Source: Owenia fusiformis | Taxonomy: Eukaryota | DNA length: 64,000 bases | Direction: 5' to 3' | NCBI GenBank assembly: GCA_903813345.2 | Contig: CAIIXF020000001.1 | Location: forward strand, 5,084,001-5,148,000 | Shown here: piece by piece, positions 1-12,723 of the stretch | How positions within the stretch are numbered: the first letter of the stretch is position 1 | How the letters are laid out: each line of letters starts with the position of its first letter | Translations under genes and position numbers: made by a program | The notes under the pieces: model-generated | The model's input: the letters and a program-made list of their open reading frames with translations, nothing else | Database searches by the model: none | Told to the model about the DNA's origin: nothing

Positions 1-2778
1 CCAAGTTTGAATAAAATTCAACAAGAAATAATGTTTTTAGATAAAACGGTGGAGAACTTTTGGATCAACCCTCGTATAACCATATGGTAGAACATGCTTT
101 TGAATATAAATTGTCAAAGTTACTCATGTAAACTGTAGGATATTCTTTAGATCATATTTTTAGTTTACATTTTTCTTAGATATTGCCACGATACATAAAA
201 AATCTCTTGTTATTTTCAGAAACGCATATAACTTATTCCATATATGGCCAGTATCGCGCAAAAGGTGCATATCTGGGTTATTAGTTGATAAATACTTGAG
301 GTTTATAAAAAGGAGAAAATGCAACAACCAGCATTTTTGTTTTAGAAAGTAAGTCACTAAATTTTGTATATTTCACATATTGTGTAAAATTCTTGTCCAA
401 ACTGATAGATGTAGAACATGAATGAAATGTGATATGTGTGTATGGCAATAACAAGGGTGAGGCCATTTCAGTCATCTTGAAAACAAAGAACAAGAACTTT
501 CTACAAGGAATGGCATTTACCGAAGAAGGCTGTCACATGAGAATTGAGTGATTGGACATCTCTGCATGTACACGTATATCTTATCTGAATGTATATAGCA
601 AGCAATATCACGTTCCGCTGTGGCTAATAGAGTCATGGTAAATAGCATTTACACTCCACATTTTCATAACATGCAAGAAAAAACTGATAATGAAGGCAGA
701 GATGTGATTTGACTTTATGGTCAACACCTCCAATTTTTAGATTTTTTTTCCTCATGTTGAAAATCGATGACAGATTTGATTCCAATGTAAACCAAGGGGG
801 AAATCTGGAGGTACATGTAAAGGAAATATATAACACTCCCCTCCAAAAGTTTGGCAACCTTAGCACCCTCATTGAACTACGTGTTAAAGCCTCTCTATGT
901 TTGAATTTTTATTTACATAACCTGTGAAAATAATACTTAAAATAATGATGGAAATGTAACTTGACTTCATTTAACTCAATTACGATAGGTCGAAAATTGA
1001 TGATAGAAGATAGAATCAAATATTTGTATAATATTCAGTTATATGAGTTTTAGATCCTGTAATGTCTTGGTGTATTGCCGTTTGTGAGTATTCAATGTGA
1101 TGTGAGATGTGTGATATATAAGTCAATGTGAAATAAGTACTTTGAATAAGAAACCCCATTATTAGTGTGAGAATGGTATTGTTATTCAGATTATTTAGAC
1201 CTATCATTTTTCAATTGGCTTGCAGTAACTTGTACAAAGCCACCTGTACACATGTTCAGTTTCATACTTTTAAATAAAGTTATTCCAATATAAAGAAATA
1301 ATGATCAGTATGACAATAAATAATGAGTTGAGAAAAAAGGTGATTCCACCTTCAAAAGCCCATTTTACATAGTCATCCAATGACCTCCAGGACTGTCAAT
1401 AGATGGCGAAAAATTCAGTGGATTTAATAGCATACTTAACATGTAAAAATTGCTCCAAAAATATCCCAAAATAAATTTTATTGAAAATATCCAAAACCTT
1501 TTTATTTTGAATCTTAAACATTTTGTAAATAGTAATGAAGGAAAATATGATATTTATGAATTTGAAGTTTTAAAACAGCAATATTTACACAAAAACCAAT
1601 GGGCCAGATGTAAAGAACAACCTAGTAGTTAAGTGCCATCTATACGAGTCCTGGCTCCCATTACATGAATCGTCCATCAAAATATGGCAGGACATGCGAC
1701 TGTCACTACCTAATTTTTAAAAGTTTGTCCTCACATCTCCACAAAGCATGCAGCAGTACGAGATACCTTCTCTTTTGATTAAAAAGAATCCATACAGGCC
1801 GAAACGAGGAATCATTGATATAACTTCAGGTCCATAATATAACATGGGAAACGTGGGTTTAGAATATGTAATGGCATCATTCCTATGGGTTTCAACTTAT
1901 CATGTGTAATAGTAGGGGTAGGTATGGAGTGTGGATTTCACATTTTCTCGTTATAATAAATTGAAATAAAATATCGTATATTTTCTAAATCATGCAAGCT
2001 TAATAAATGTGAATGCACATGTTAATGAAAGTGAGGCTTTTTGTCAACAACATGTATCAATTAACAATATTGTATTACATAGAAACACGTTACCTACAGC
2101 AGGTTAAAAATCGAGTAACTATGGTAACAAGATACCTGTTTGTCCATCTGCCAAGGAAATCAAATTTAAAGGCCCCATATAAAGTGTAAACCATTTTGGC
2201 ATTTTAAAATTTTCTCATTGAATCTTATGGTACATAAATACACATGATAAGACTTATTTTCAACCTAGGCCAACAATATTATACAATTATTTAATTCTAT
2301 TGAAGTGAAAACCTGTGCATATTCACAGAAAATAGAATTAAATATTTTTATATTATTCACTGTTATATCACTCACATGTGATAACAAACTCTTGATATCT
2401 ATAACAGTGCACTCCCGGGGATATAAACTGGACTAAGTCCTGACTGGTGAATATCATTTGTTATTTTAGTCACGTGTACATGGACCAATCAGTGAGTGAG
2501 GAATATGACAAATATAATAATGCAAAATATTTGTACGAGAATAAAAATGAAATTTTTTTTTAAATATTTTGAAACACAGAGTATCATCATGACATCACAA
2601 ATGTCCGGAATTACAAGATGAACAAATCTTTTTGAAATGTTCAAAATAATGTCTCACATGGTTTTTGAAGTCATGAAAAGTAATTACACTATATTTACAA
2701 ATTTTAAACGTGCCTTTAAATCGTTCAAAACGATGAAACCTCACTACAAAATAGATATGATAATATAAAATAATTAAC

Positions 2779-3046
2779 CTTTATCCAAATGTTTGAGCAG
2801 GTTACATCCTTTGGTTCCCAAAGACTCCAACGTTTCATAGTCACTGGTTCCTGCTTTTGGTGATTCGTGGCCATCATCGCAGTCTCTCGCGATCGGCTCG
2901 AGGTATGTAGAGGCAGTTCCCAAATTGGAGTCTGTGATTCCACTTGACCATTCTGCGTAATATAGTCTTCGTGGACGAACGGAACCATCGGGCAAGACTT
3001 CATATGTGACCCTCGGAACAACTAATTTACTACTGCTACAGCCCAT
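2779..3046 (-). CDS. Probable first coding exon of an unknown protein starting MGCSSSK (N-myristoylation/palmitoylation motif); the gene continues toward or past the window start
   Basis: ATG at 3046 in acaATGG context, 89 open codons (MGCSSSKLVVPRVTYEVLPDG...LLKHLDK), then an AAG|gttaat donor at 2778. Downstream exons are not securely identified; 521-584 is a phase-compatible candidate. Confidence 0.55.
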
Positions 3047-3803
3047 TGTTATTTTCGCACTGTACCAAGGTGCTAAGAAATAATTATGACCTATGTCTAT
3101 ATATAGTTTATCCAATCCACAGATATGCTTAAACCAAGAGAGGTGTCATTGTATTTCAAAATGTTGAGTTGGGAATCTATGTAAGCAGGAACCCATACTC
3201 ATTTCTATTCCTTTTGAAACCAATGAACCCAAATCGCCTTGTTTTTTATAAAACAAATCAAGCTTAAGAATATATTGTCTGCTATTAGTTCATATCCTGT
3301 GTTCAGCTTGATTACTGCGTGAAAGATGTGATATTAAGAAGAAGTATATTGCACATGCTATGTACGTGACGTATATAATAATGTACTTATATGTTATGCA
3401 TGTGTCAGAGTTGATAATTAGAGATATTAATCGGCACTAGATCTTGTTCTAATTTGGTTCATACAAACACAGACAAACATATTGAAATAGATTCCGTTTA
3501 GTTGGAATCAAATATTGTAACGATAATGTCCTGATAAAGACGGTGTAGTCTTCAAAGTATATAAAAAGAGCAAAAATAGCAAAAATAGCCATTTTGACAA
3601 ATAAGTTGGTACTAAGACTTGATAGTTGTGTCCTTCTAATAGACACCTTGAAGTAAAACATTTTTCGGCGGTAAACCGACATAATATTTCCTAGCTGTGC
3701 TCTTTGATTCAATGGGGTGTTAAATAAAATTTAAAGATATTTGAGTGAAATCAAAATCAAGCCCGCGATTATTCGATTGTTCCATTATTAACTCCTCCTC
3801 TCG

Positions 3804-3834
3804 GTTACCATAGTAACCGCTGTTTCCAGGTAAC
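3804..3834. promoter_or_regulatory. Two adjacent RFX X-box-like motifs
   Basis: GTTACCATAGTAAC (3804-3817) and GTTTCCAGGTAAC (3822-3834) match the palindromic X-box consensus; they lie about 760 bp 5' of the MGCSSSK ATG. Confidence 0.45.
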
Positions 3835-4154
3835 TGAATGAATTTAATTGTTAGTATTCCACACACTGCTTTAACTAGGTGGAGACAAGTGCAGTACATT
3901 CACTTACCTGTTGCAATATATTCTAGAGAAATATGATACGTTTAATATATCTTGATAATTGTCTATGTACTTATTGGAATACGCGAAGCAGCGTGTGTCG
4001 ACCCCACCCATGTTTTCTGAATAATAACGAATCATTCAGGTACGAGAGAGACTGTTATTCCGGTTTGACTTGAATTTGTCATTTGATGTCTGCACGTGTT
4101 GGCAAATAATATTAGGCCTATCAGGATTGTCCACGAATCCCAAGAATGGGCCTT

Positions 4155-4179
4155 TGTATTGTATTGTATTGTATTGTAT
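4155..4179. repeat. (TTGTA)n microsatellite
   Basis: tgtattgtattgtattgtattgtat is directly visible. Confidence 0.85.
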
Positions 4180-5180
4180 CGTATAATTCTTATTCCTTCA
4201 TATATTGAAGAGTACAATTAAGAGTTACACGTCGCACGAAACTGGGGACAATAAGCGTAACATTATGGCGTCAAAAAACAAGACAAAACAATGAGCATCA
4301 TAGGGCGCAAACAGCCTTACAACGTCAAAAACGACAAGCGTCACATTTTTGTAAAGATCAGTCAAACTAAAAATAAAATACTTTATCCTTATCTAATCAT
4401 GACAAAATTCACAGGGTAGCAAGATCTCGAGGACAGTATTTCTAAAATGTTTTTGAATTTTGAAAAACGGTCAAGAAATCCACTTGGGGCGTTGGTAAAA
4501 ATTGATATGTATGGAATTGGTGGTAAAAATTCGATGCGTCACATTTTTTTCAAGTCTCGAAAACCAGCTCTTATTTTAATATTAGGCTTATTTGCAAAAT
4601 AAACAAACTGGTTATTGTTTTGTAAATTTCGCCATGACAATATTGTGCTGTTAATTTTTCTTTCAAATCAGACTAAATTAGAAAGTTAAATGAAGGTAAA
4701 CTCATTGCTCGTCCCATTCGCCTTCAAAATTTTGAAAATTTTAAAAGCTTTCATATGAGATAATTCGAACTGTAGCCGTTAATCAATTGTGACGTCATAA
4801 ATGAACATGTTCCATTGAATTAATTGTGAAATTTTAGGGGGATTTTGATCATTATTTCAAAAGTTATCCCAATTTCAACGAGCCCTGTAAGCGTAAAGTG
4901 TTACGTCTTACAGCGTATTTGACGATGTCGGTATATATTTAACTTTAAAAATATGTTGGATCCCATCAAAACTTTGACGGAAGAATAATTTCACTGAAAT
5001 GCGAATAAAATTTACTTCAAAATGATATATAAAACACATAATTAGCTTTTAAAATAGGGCAGAGATTAACGCTCAAAGCGATCGGATACAATAAAGCAAT
5101 GCGTTATAGAAATCTTAGAATTAACGCCAATTCTTGACTTTAGATGGCATTCGTGGGTTTTTAGAGATGGCCGCAGTTAA

Positions 5181-5254
5181 AACCTTTAGAGTTCATCTGG
5201 TAGAGCATCAGTCTTTGGATCTAAGGGTCCTGGGTTCGATTCCCACATGGGGCA
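5181..5254 (+). pseudogene. tRNA-derived pseudogene or SINE head (tRNA-Lys-like)
   Basis: A-box-like tagagttcatctggtagagcatcag and B-box ggttcgattccc resemble tRNA-Lys (TAGCTCAGTCGGTAGAGCATCAGAC...GGGTCC.GGGTTC); acceptor and anticodon stems pair poorly. Confidence 0.6.
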
Positions 5255-7116
5255 TTGGATTTAGCACACGTTCTTTCAATTTCTATATCTGGCTTGTAAC
5301 ACTATGCTCCCTAGTATTTCATTCTCCTGGGGCGCCCTCGGGTCACTATAATTTTCTCCGTGGGTTTGCATTTATAGTATGTACAACTTATTGGCTGACT
5401 TTGTCAGATAAAATGTTATTGAGTTAATAGATATGGATATATCGAGCGTCTTTGTAATATTGTCTACATGTATACCAAGAGTAGTGATGTTCAAGCAGTA
5501 ATATGTAGGTAGGTTCCAATATACTTAGACATTTGACATGCTGGAATGTCATTTGCGTAGTGCTTCAATATGTTGTCTAGGGCGCATGCGCATGATCAAA
5601 AAACAACAAAAACACGGAAGGTTCGATCATTAATATTAATATAGCATCTTACTGGTTGTGGATATTCGTGAAGAGTGTAATCAGAAATTGTAACTTGAAG
5701 ATGTATAACATAAATCGAATCTGATTATCACAAGCTTTTCTCTTCCAAAATTAGCTATAGATACATGTAGCCCTAATGCAGGCCCCTAGGCTAAGGTTTC
5801 ACGAGATAGTTCATGCGGTGATAGTCATTTCACCATTTTGGTTTGGGCACTTCTGTTTTAAACATCACTGTGGTGGAACTCTTCAAATTGTTTGCGTTTC
5901 GTCAGCAAAATGTCGCAGCCTCGAAGGTACGATTTTTTCCATGATTGTACGAGATGTCGGCAGAATCTTCGAATTCACGAATTCACATATATATGTCTCT
6001 GGTTTGCATAATGTGTTAAAGAAAATCCAAGCGTTTGCGAACAAATAGTTCACGAGACGCCGGAATCATCGATATAATTTTCACGCACTGAACATATTCG
6101 CACTTTTGATTCAGTTTTGGTATGTCTTCAAAAAATGAACTACACATGTACCTTGTCGAATTGCTTCCAGGAAAAATAACCTCATAACAAATTATCTTCA
6201 TTGAAACTTGGTTTTCTTCAAGATTGACGCAAATGCCCCACAAACTGTACCAAGGTAAACAAAAATTAGTGGCGACCATAGTTTAAGATGATTGTCCAGG
6301 CGGACAAAGGACACGCGATCGAATGATATTAGTTTGTTTTTTATAATCTCACTTTTAAGAACAAATTTTCTTCCTCTTAAAAGTAAAATAAAAAGTCCAA
6401 TATCATTGGCTCGCTCAATTATTTGATTATTTACCTAATTTTGCTAATATATCTATCGTAAATATTTCAATGATTATACATTTGAGAGATTGAAACTTCA
6501 AGTAATTAAAGGTGCATTTTGAAATTAGAAACCAAGTTCTTAATTGAAAAAAGTAGACAGATAAACTCTGCACCATCCTACCCCCTGAATTCGGTATTTG
6601 CCTTTGTAATATTCAAAACATATTCTGCCCCGAGACTGTTCATGATCATGACTTTCTTAGATGCGATAATAGCTACTTTAACACCATTTACCATAAACCT
6701 TGTTGTTAACATATCGATCCTACAAAAATCAATGGCTGGTCCAATGTTAAGTATTCATTTGCAACCTCAAAGCACATTATATGGAATGTATAAAAACAAT
6801 AGGCTTATAATCAGAGCAAACATCGGGGATAAAGACATAAATCACAGGGTGGAACTCCTCAAGTTCGGACCTAAATCTTTTTTATCAATACATCTTTATC
6901 ATATACCAATGATATTGGCGTATCTTCTCCTAAATTATTTTACTATTATATATACTACTATACTACTAGACTATCTATCAGACTACACATGATAGGAAAA
7001 CATGATTAAGATAGTCGACGTCTAAAATGTAGAACAAAATAATCGAAAAATGCATAGCTACAAACAAACATTTATTAAATGGTCTACATTACAATCACTG
7101 AACGATCTACCATGGG

Positions 7117-7192
7117 CACGCGGTACTAACTTCGACCGTTAATTTGAATTTTTGCCCTACCAGATGTTTGGAAATCAAGGATTACTGGTCTC
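7117..7192. repeat. Dispersed repeat fragment; inverted copy at 35528-35604
   Basis: cacgcggtactaacttcgaccgttaatttgaatttttg.cctaccagatg matches the reverse complement of 35528-35604. Confidence 0.75.
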
Positions 7193-9310
7193 ACACTGCA
7201 CCGTTTTTCTTGTTTCAATTCCATTTAAAGCATAACAAAAATGCCATTCTGTTAATGGAACATTATTCTGTTATATACAGAATCCCCACTTCCAGCGACA
7301 TTTTGGTGAGAAGGGCTTCTAATAGCTGGGGACCAAAAAGTTACTGAAACGAGGGACTCTTTGGCAATTTTATTCTAACCTTTCCAGAGGCAAACGTAAA
7401 GTTTAAAAGGCATCGTGTCGGGGTACTAGAGAGAATTCAAAACAAATCCGATAATATCTAACATTAAATCAAAGTTGCTTGTGTGCCTCTGGGACAAGGG
7501 CAACAATGGCGCCATGACATTTATAAGCAGAATATAGTGAAAATTCTAGTTTCCTACCCCTACATCATTCTAGGGCCAGCTTTCACTGAGCTTTATGTCC
7601 CTTTTGGAAGCGTTTTCACGTGATATTATAATTATATCACCAACAGAAACTGATGACATATTGTTCGGCGGTGTTCGGCGGTTGTTGTTCGGCGTTCGGC
7701 GTCTGTAATTACAAATGGCAGGTGATGATATTTTGCATGTCAATGCCTTGTTATTATTTGAACAAGTCAACATGTGTGTATTACAGGCAAACTTATAGGC
7801 TTGCTATTAACTCGAGAACATAATGCTTATGAATTATTGCATTATTAATCATTTGAAAAGAATAGTATTTCCTTGGAATGGGATCTATTATGTTCATCCT
7901 TATACCTCCCTTGAATCATGCCTATATTTGGATTTAGTGTCAAATGTGGCCACCTTAACAACTATAATCAATCTGAAATATATATTATATATCACGATCA
8001 ATCGCTAACTGGTGTCAACTCTTTGAAAACAGTACTTAGTGATTACAGTGTACAAAAACATAAAACTAAAATTGATCGAAAGGGAAATCAATAATTTCTT
8101 ATTATTACGGGGCTTCAATTACCGTCCGCAACGTTCAGTTATGATGATAGAGCATGTATTTTATAGTCATTCGAAGATAAGTTGAACTGAACATCGGGTT
8201 GACAACTAAGCAGCTTTAGGTCCAAATACCAAGTATACAAAATTAAAAGTGTGGAAGTAAATAAGTGGTTTGAACATTGGAATTACGTTAGCGTTCAGCC
8301 ATGCAGCTCGCTGATGGAGGAAAAAGAAAGGTAAGATTTTCTTACGGACGATGGCATTTTCTTTTATTAATAACACAGTTGATAAGATGATCACGACTCA
8401 GTGACTTATAAATGTAATTATGGAAAACCTGAAACAACGCTTAACAATGAATTAATTTAAACATAACAACAGCAACAACCGACATTATAGACGGAATTGA
8501 CGAAAACAATTTGTGCACAATTAATAGAAATAGAGGTATGTATGAACCTGCGTAGATATATCATGATCTTTAATTGTAATCTTTATTTGAGGTTTTAAAT
8601 ACAGGGCTTATTTCAGGGGAAATATACGTATCTCTCGAGAGATATCATTGATAGAGGGAGCTACACATAGTTCTCGAGGGTTTAACCCAGTATCCAAACC
8701 AGCCATACACGTGTACTTTCTACGTTCTATGTTTCTTCTTGTATTAATTTCAAAACTATGAAAGAGACACGTTGGTTATCGCAAACAAGTCTAGATTTTG
8801 AATTTTTTATCGTAAAAACAGGTGAATCTTTTAGATAAAGTATATATAATGATGATTAAGTTATTTAGACTTAATAGTGATATTGAAGGGACAATCAACA
8901 TACTTTTTCAAGAATGTTGACCTAATTTTCACTGAAAAACAACCTTTTATTATAATGTTCAGTGTATAATAAGGATGTTAATTGAGACATGATTTATTTC
9001 ATAAAAGAAATGTGAATTGATCCAGGGAATTAAAAGATACTAAATTTTAATGACCAAAATGAGCTGAAATCAATGGACAGCATGCGTTTTAATGGGAAAC
9101 ACTAATCTTCGAGCTAAAGTTTTTCTAATGCATAGAAACTCGAATTCGAGTAGCCCAAGATTTGGGCTCTGGTTTAACCTTTGGACGAATTGATCAGAAC
9201 CACTTTCGAGTGCATATTCTATCTATGGATTTCATCTATTTATTTATTTATTTAGAAATTACGCTTTCACAACAGCGGCACACAAAATTGGTGCGTCCAT
9301 GCTGCCTTCA

Positions 9311-10234
9311 CTGGCGTTAAGCGTAACTTGGACATACTGCTCCGTAAAGATTATGATACGTGTATATCTGTGGAGCTTTGCTGAATTCTTTAGATCATTT
9401 GCTTAAGTTATATTTTTCAAGCACGAATGATGTGAATGGGCTTTAATATTGGTGAAAATTGGTAAGACTCGTATATAAACAATGGTTTGTTGAAAGAATT
9501 CGGTCGATTTGTCAACTTATTTTACTTCCTAGTCCATTTGTCATTTTCTGAACGTATAAATATTTAAAAGTATGATGTTTTTCTGTGTAAATACTATCAT
9601 TAGGGATTATTGGAGTGATTTAGCTGGGTTGCCAAAAAATAACCTTGGGGAAAATTTTTGTATCTATTACCATGGTAACATACCAGGTATATGGTGGTAT
9701 CCAAACGTTAAGTCAGTTAAATCGCTCGTGTTAAGCGATTGCACCCCTCCCTAATCAGCCTATATCATTTTTTCCCCAAACAAACTTTTTGGGCAACCCA
9801 GTTAAATCACTTCAGAAAACCCTTATTATCATAAATCGACCATAAAACATCGTACTTTTAACAATTTCTAGGTTCACTATTGGATGTATAGGGGTGACAA
9901 ATGGACTATCTACGTAACCAAAGCATCATGATAACGTAACACCTACTTCAAAGAAAATACATAATGAGGTGAGGGTTACGTTATCATGATACTTTGGTTA
10001 CGTAAAAGTGAAACAATTTGACAAATCGAATGAAATCTTTTAACAAACCTTATATATTTTACCGATGTTCCATATGAATAAAAGCCCACTCACACCATTT
10101 ATGGTTGAAAAATATATATCAAATAAATGATCTAAAGAATTTTCGGAACCCCCTGCATATTATACATGTATCACGATCTTAACGTTACGGAGCAGTATGT
10201 CCAAGCTACATTTTATGTACGTTCGACGCCAGTG
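9311..10234. mobile_element. Fold-back/MITE-like element with long imperfect inverted arms
   Basis: cttggacatactgctccgtaa (9327) pairs with ttacggagcagtatgtccaag (ends 10205); further paired blocks continue inward to tgggttgccaaaaa / tttttgggcaaccca. Confidence 0.8.
9911..10004. mobile_element. About 94-bp hairpin element nested in the right arm of the fold-back
   Basis: tacgtaaccaaagcatcatgataacgtaac ... gttacgttatcatgatactttggttacgta; absent from the corresponding position of the left arm. Confidence 0.7.
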
Positions 10235-10527
10235 CTATATAACATACTCTCATGCGTCTTGACTAAAATCTTTAATTAGAATTGTAAGAGTGGATCGACC
10301 ACATACTATTGGACGAGACCTTTATTGTTGTTTCCTGTGTTTATTGGAGACCATTATAGTTCTGATAGCCAGTAAAGCTGTTTTTATAGAATGTTAGCCG
10401 TGTCAATGTTCGACGAGGGATGGTGAAAACCCATATACGATAACACTGTATTCCTTAAAGAGAAAAGAACGTAACGTTACCATAAGATCAGTGTTGAATA
10501 TTTCAAGATTTGTTTTCAATCACACAC

Positions 10528-11042
10528 CGGAATAGCCTAACAACGGTAAGTCAGATACCGTTGTCACAAATGGCGGACATAACTGCCGCTTCAACTCTTC
10601 AATCACTTGGTCCTCATTTCATGGGATTTTATCGTCGCTAATTCTGTGCATGTGTTAAGTTCTTGTGATGATGTATCATATGAAATCCCAATTTCGATAA
10701 AATTTGGTCGTGAATCACCACAATATAGCGTCTTCGATATCGTCAATGACAGCGGAATCTGAATTTGAAATAATTTACAAAGACAACGGCATATGATAAT
10801 ACATGTCCTTTGTCCCATATCTCATTTTGATCGGTTACATTAAAGACTTTATTTCGATGGTAGAACATTATTTAATTTAACTGTACAATGAGTATAAAGG
10901 CACTTTGATTGATTGTTGTTCCAAAATAATTTAGTCTAGGTGCTCGATTAAACATACAGTTCATGGAAATCAAATTGAAGCGACGGTTATGTCCACCATT
11001 TGTGACAACGGTATCTGACTTTACCGTTGTCAGGCTATTCCG
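10528..11042. mobile_element. MITE with about 68-bp terminal inverted repeats
   Basis: cggaatagcctaacaacggtaagtcagataccgttgtcacaaatgg... pairs with ...ccatttgtgacaacggtatctgactttaccgttgtcaggctattccg. Confidence 0.8.
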
Positions 11043-12177
11043 ATTTTAAGGCTAGTCTCTATTCTCTAATTAACATTTAATAGCAGAATTTATTATTTAC
11101 ACAATTAATTGTATATTCTTCAGAGTTGGTCCATCCAAAGAATTTTCTGTTTTTACTTAGCTTGCACTCCCCATGTGGCTGTTAAAGTTGCTTCAAATTA
11201 CACGTTTCTAAACATTAGAAAGCATGCATTCTTAGGAGCGTTGCTTTCATAAACACAACGTGTCTAAAATCCTTTTTTGACGCGTAAACCGGGTACGGAT
11301 GTGCATGACGTCACTCTTTAGAGATACATACTGAGATGCGAAAACATAATCACATAGTTAGGTACTATAAACACATGTCATATTCCAAGATGGCCGCCAT
11401 TTTGCGACGATTTTCGTAGGGTTTCATTTGGAATTCTCTGTTACTCAAAAGCAGTGTTATCCAGTTGAAAGACGTGCCAATTCGTCCAAAAGTTCAAGAT
11501 GTCTGCCAGCCAGTGACATCAACCCCTCAATATACTTTGTAATATTCCAAAGTTCTAAAAATTAAAAGGAAGGCACCAGAGAGTACCGTCCAAAGAATCG
11601 CAAGGATCTAATAATTGCATGTCATATCTTTGCGAATGACTGATTTTTCTCTTTTATTTTTCCAAGTTTACCTGCCATCCGGTATATTTTACATCGCTGT
11701 AAATATGTTGATTGATTGCAAAGTCACTGAAAAGTGGTCATTAAAGAGCAGTTGCAGGTGCTTGTACATAATTCATACTTTTTATATTGCCCATTAAAGT
11801 AAGATACACCGCGGATATAAAATTATTCATGCAACGTTGAGTGGAGTCTGACGATTGAATAACAAGAATACCATAGAGATTATATTAGATGAACAGGTTT
11901 CGTTGTTTCTAGAGAAATTTAGCCTTAAGAGTGGTGACATTTTAAACGAAACGAGAGTTAGATAATAAAAGGAATCGATCCAGTCTCGATCTGTTGTTGA
12001 ATGAATCACGAAACAATCTAATCTAACGGAAATAAGAAACTTATCTCGTTGAAATGAAATTACTAAATTTCAATTTTTAAAAAAGAAAAAAAGATTCGCA
12101 TTGATCATTTTGTTTTTATTCACCGATGTTCTTGATTTGAAATGGTAGGAAATGAGATTGTGCTATTGTGCTTGTAG

Positions 12178-12723
12178 GGATGGGGTAGCGATGATCATAG
12201 AGGTGGAAGGCGAGGAAGTGTCACGACTAACAGCCCAGCGTTAAGTGTTGGTTCCAGCGCTTGCTCTGAATTAGAAGCACTCGTAGACGACGATGAAGGG
12301 GTACGAACACCTCCGCCAACGCTACCAAAACATGGACACGAGAGAGCAAACCATCAGCGGGGAAACAGTGTCGATTTAGGATACAATTCCCTCTGTGATC
12401 AGGAAACATCCCCTTCTAATTTTAAAAGGAATTCAAATCAGAGACAAGGACAGACAATCCAAATGACACAAAAGACAGCATCAGTGCCACAACGTATCCC
12501 AAATCGCTACAGCAGCGAGCAAACGGAGCACATGGGCTACGCACCGTCCCCGCCGGAAAACGCAAAGCCTTCCAACGTGCTAAGCGTGAATCAAGTAAGA
12601 AGCATGGTCCAAATGAGGCGGAGGGTGAGGAAAGTGCACCTGCCACCAAACGATGGTTTAACCCTATGTGAGAGGATACTTCTACACAGACATCTTATTA
12701 ATGAAGGGAAAATCCCTCCACAG
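12178..12723 (+). CDS. Internal coding exon of the unknown repeat-protein gene
   Basis: ttgtag acceptor at 12177, 182 open codons (GWGSDDHRGG...LLHRHLINEGKIPPQ), CAG|gtaaac donor; phase 0/0 and GC-richer than its flanks. It extends the listed ORF 12463-12765 upstream. Confidence 0.7.

Noticed and set aside
6519-6992. 157-aa ORF
   Set aside because: TTG start, AT-rich non-coding composition and no recognisable motifs or splice context.
11306-11400. CRE, TATAAA and YY1-like motifs as the promoter of the repeat-protein gene
   Set aside because: The caagatggccgcc motif recurs in repeats elsewhere in the window, and no first coding exon could be linked to 12178.
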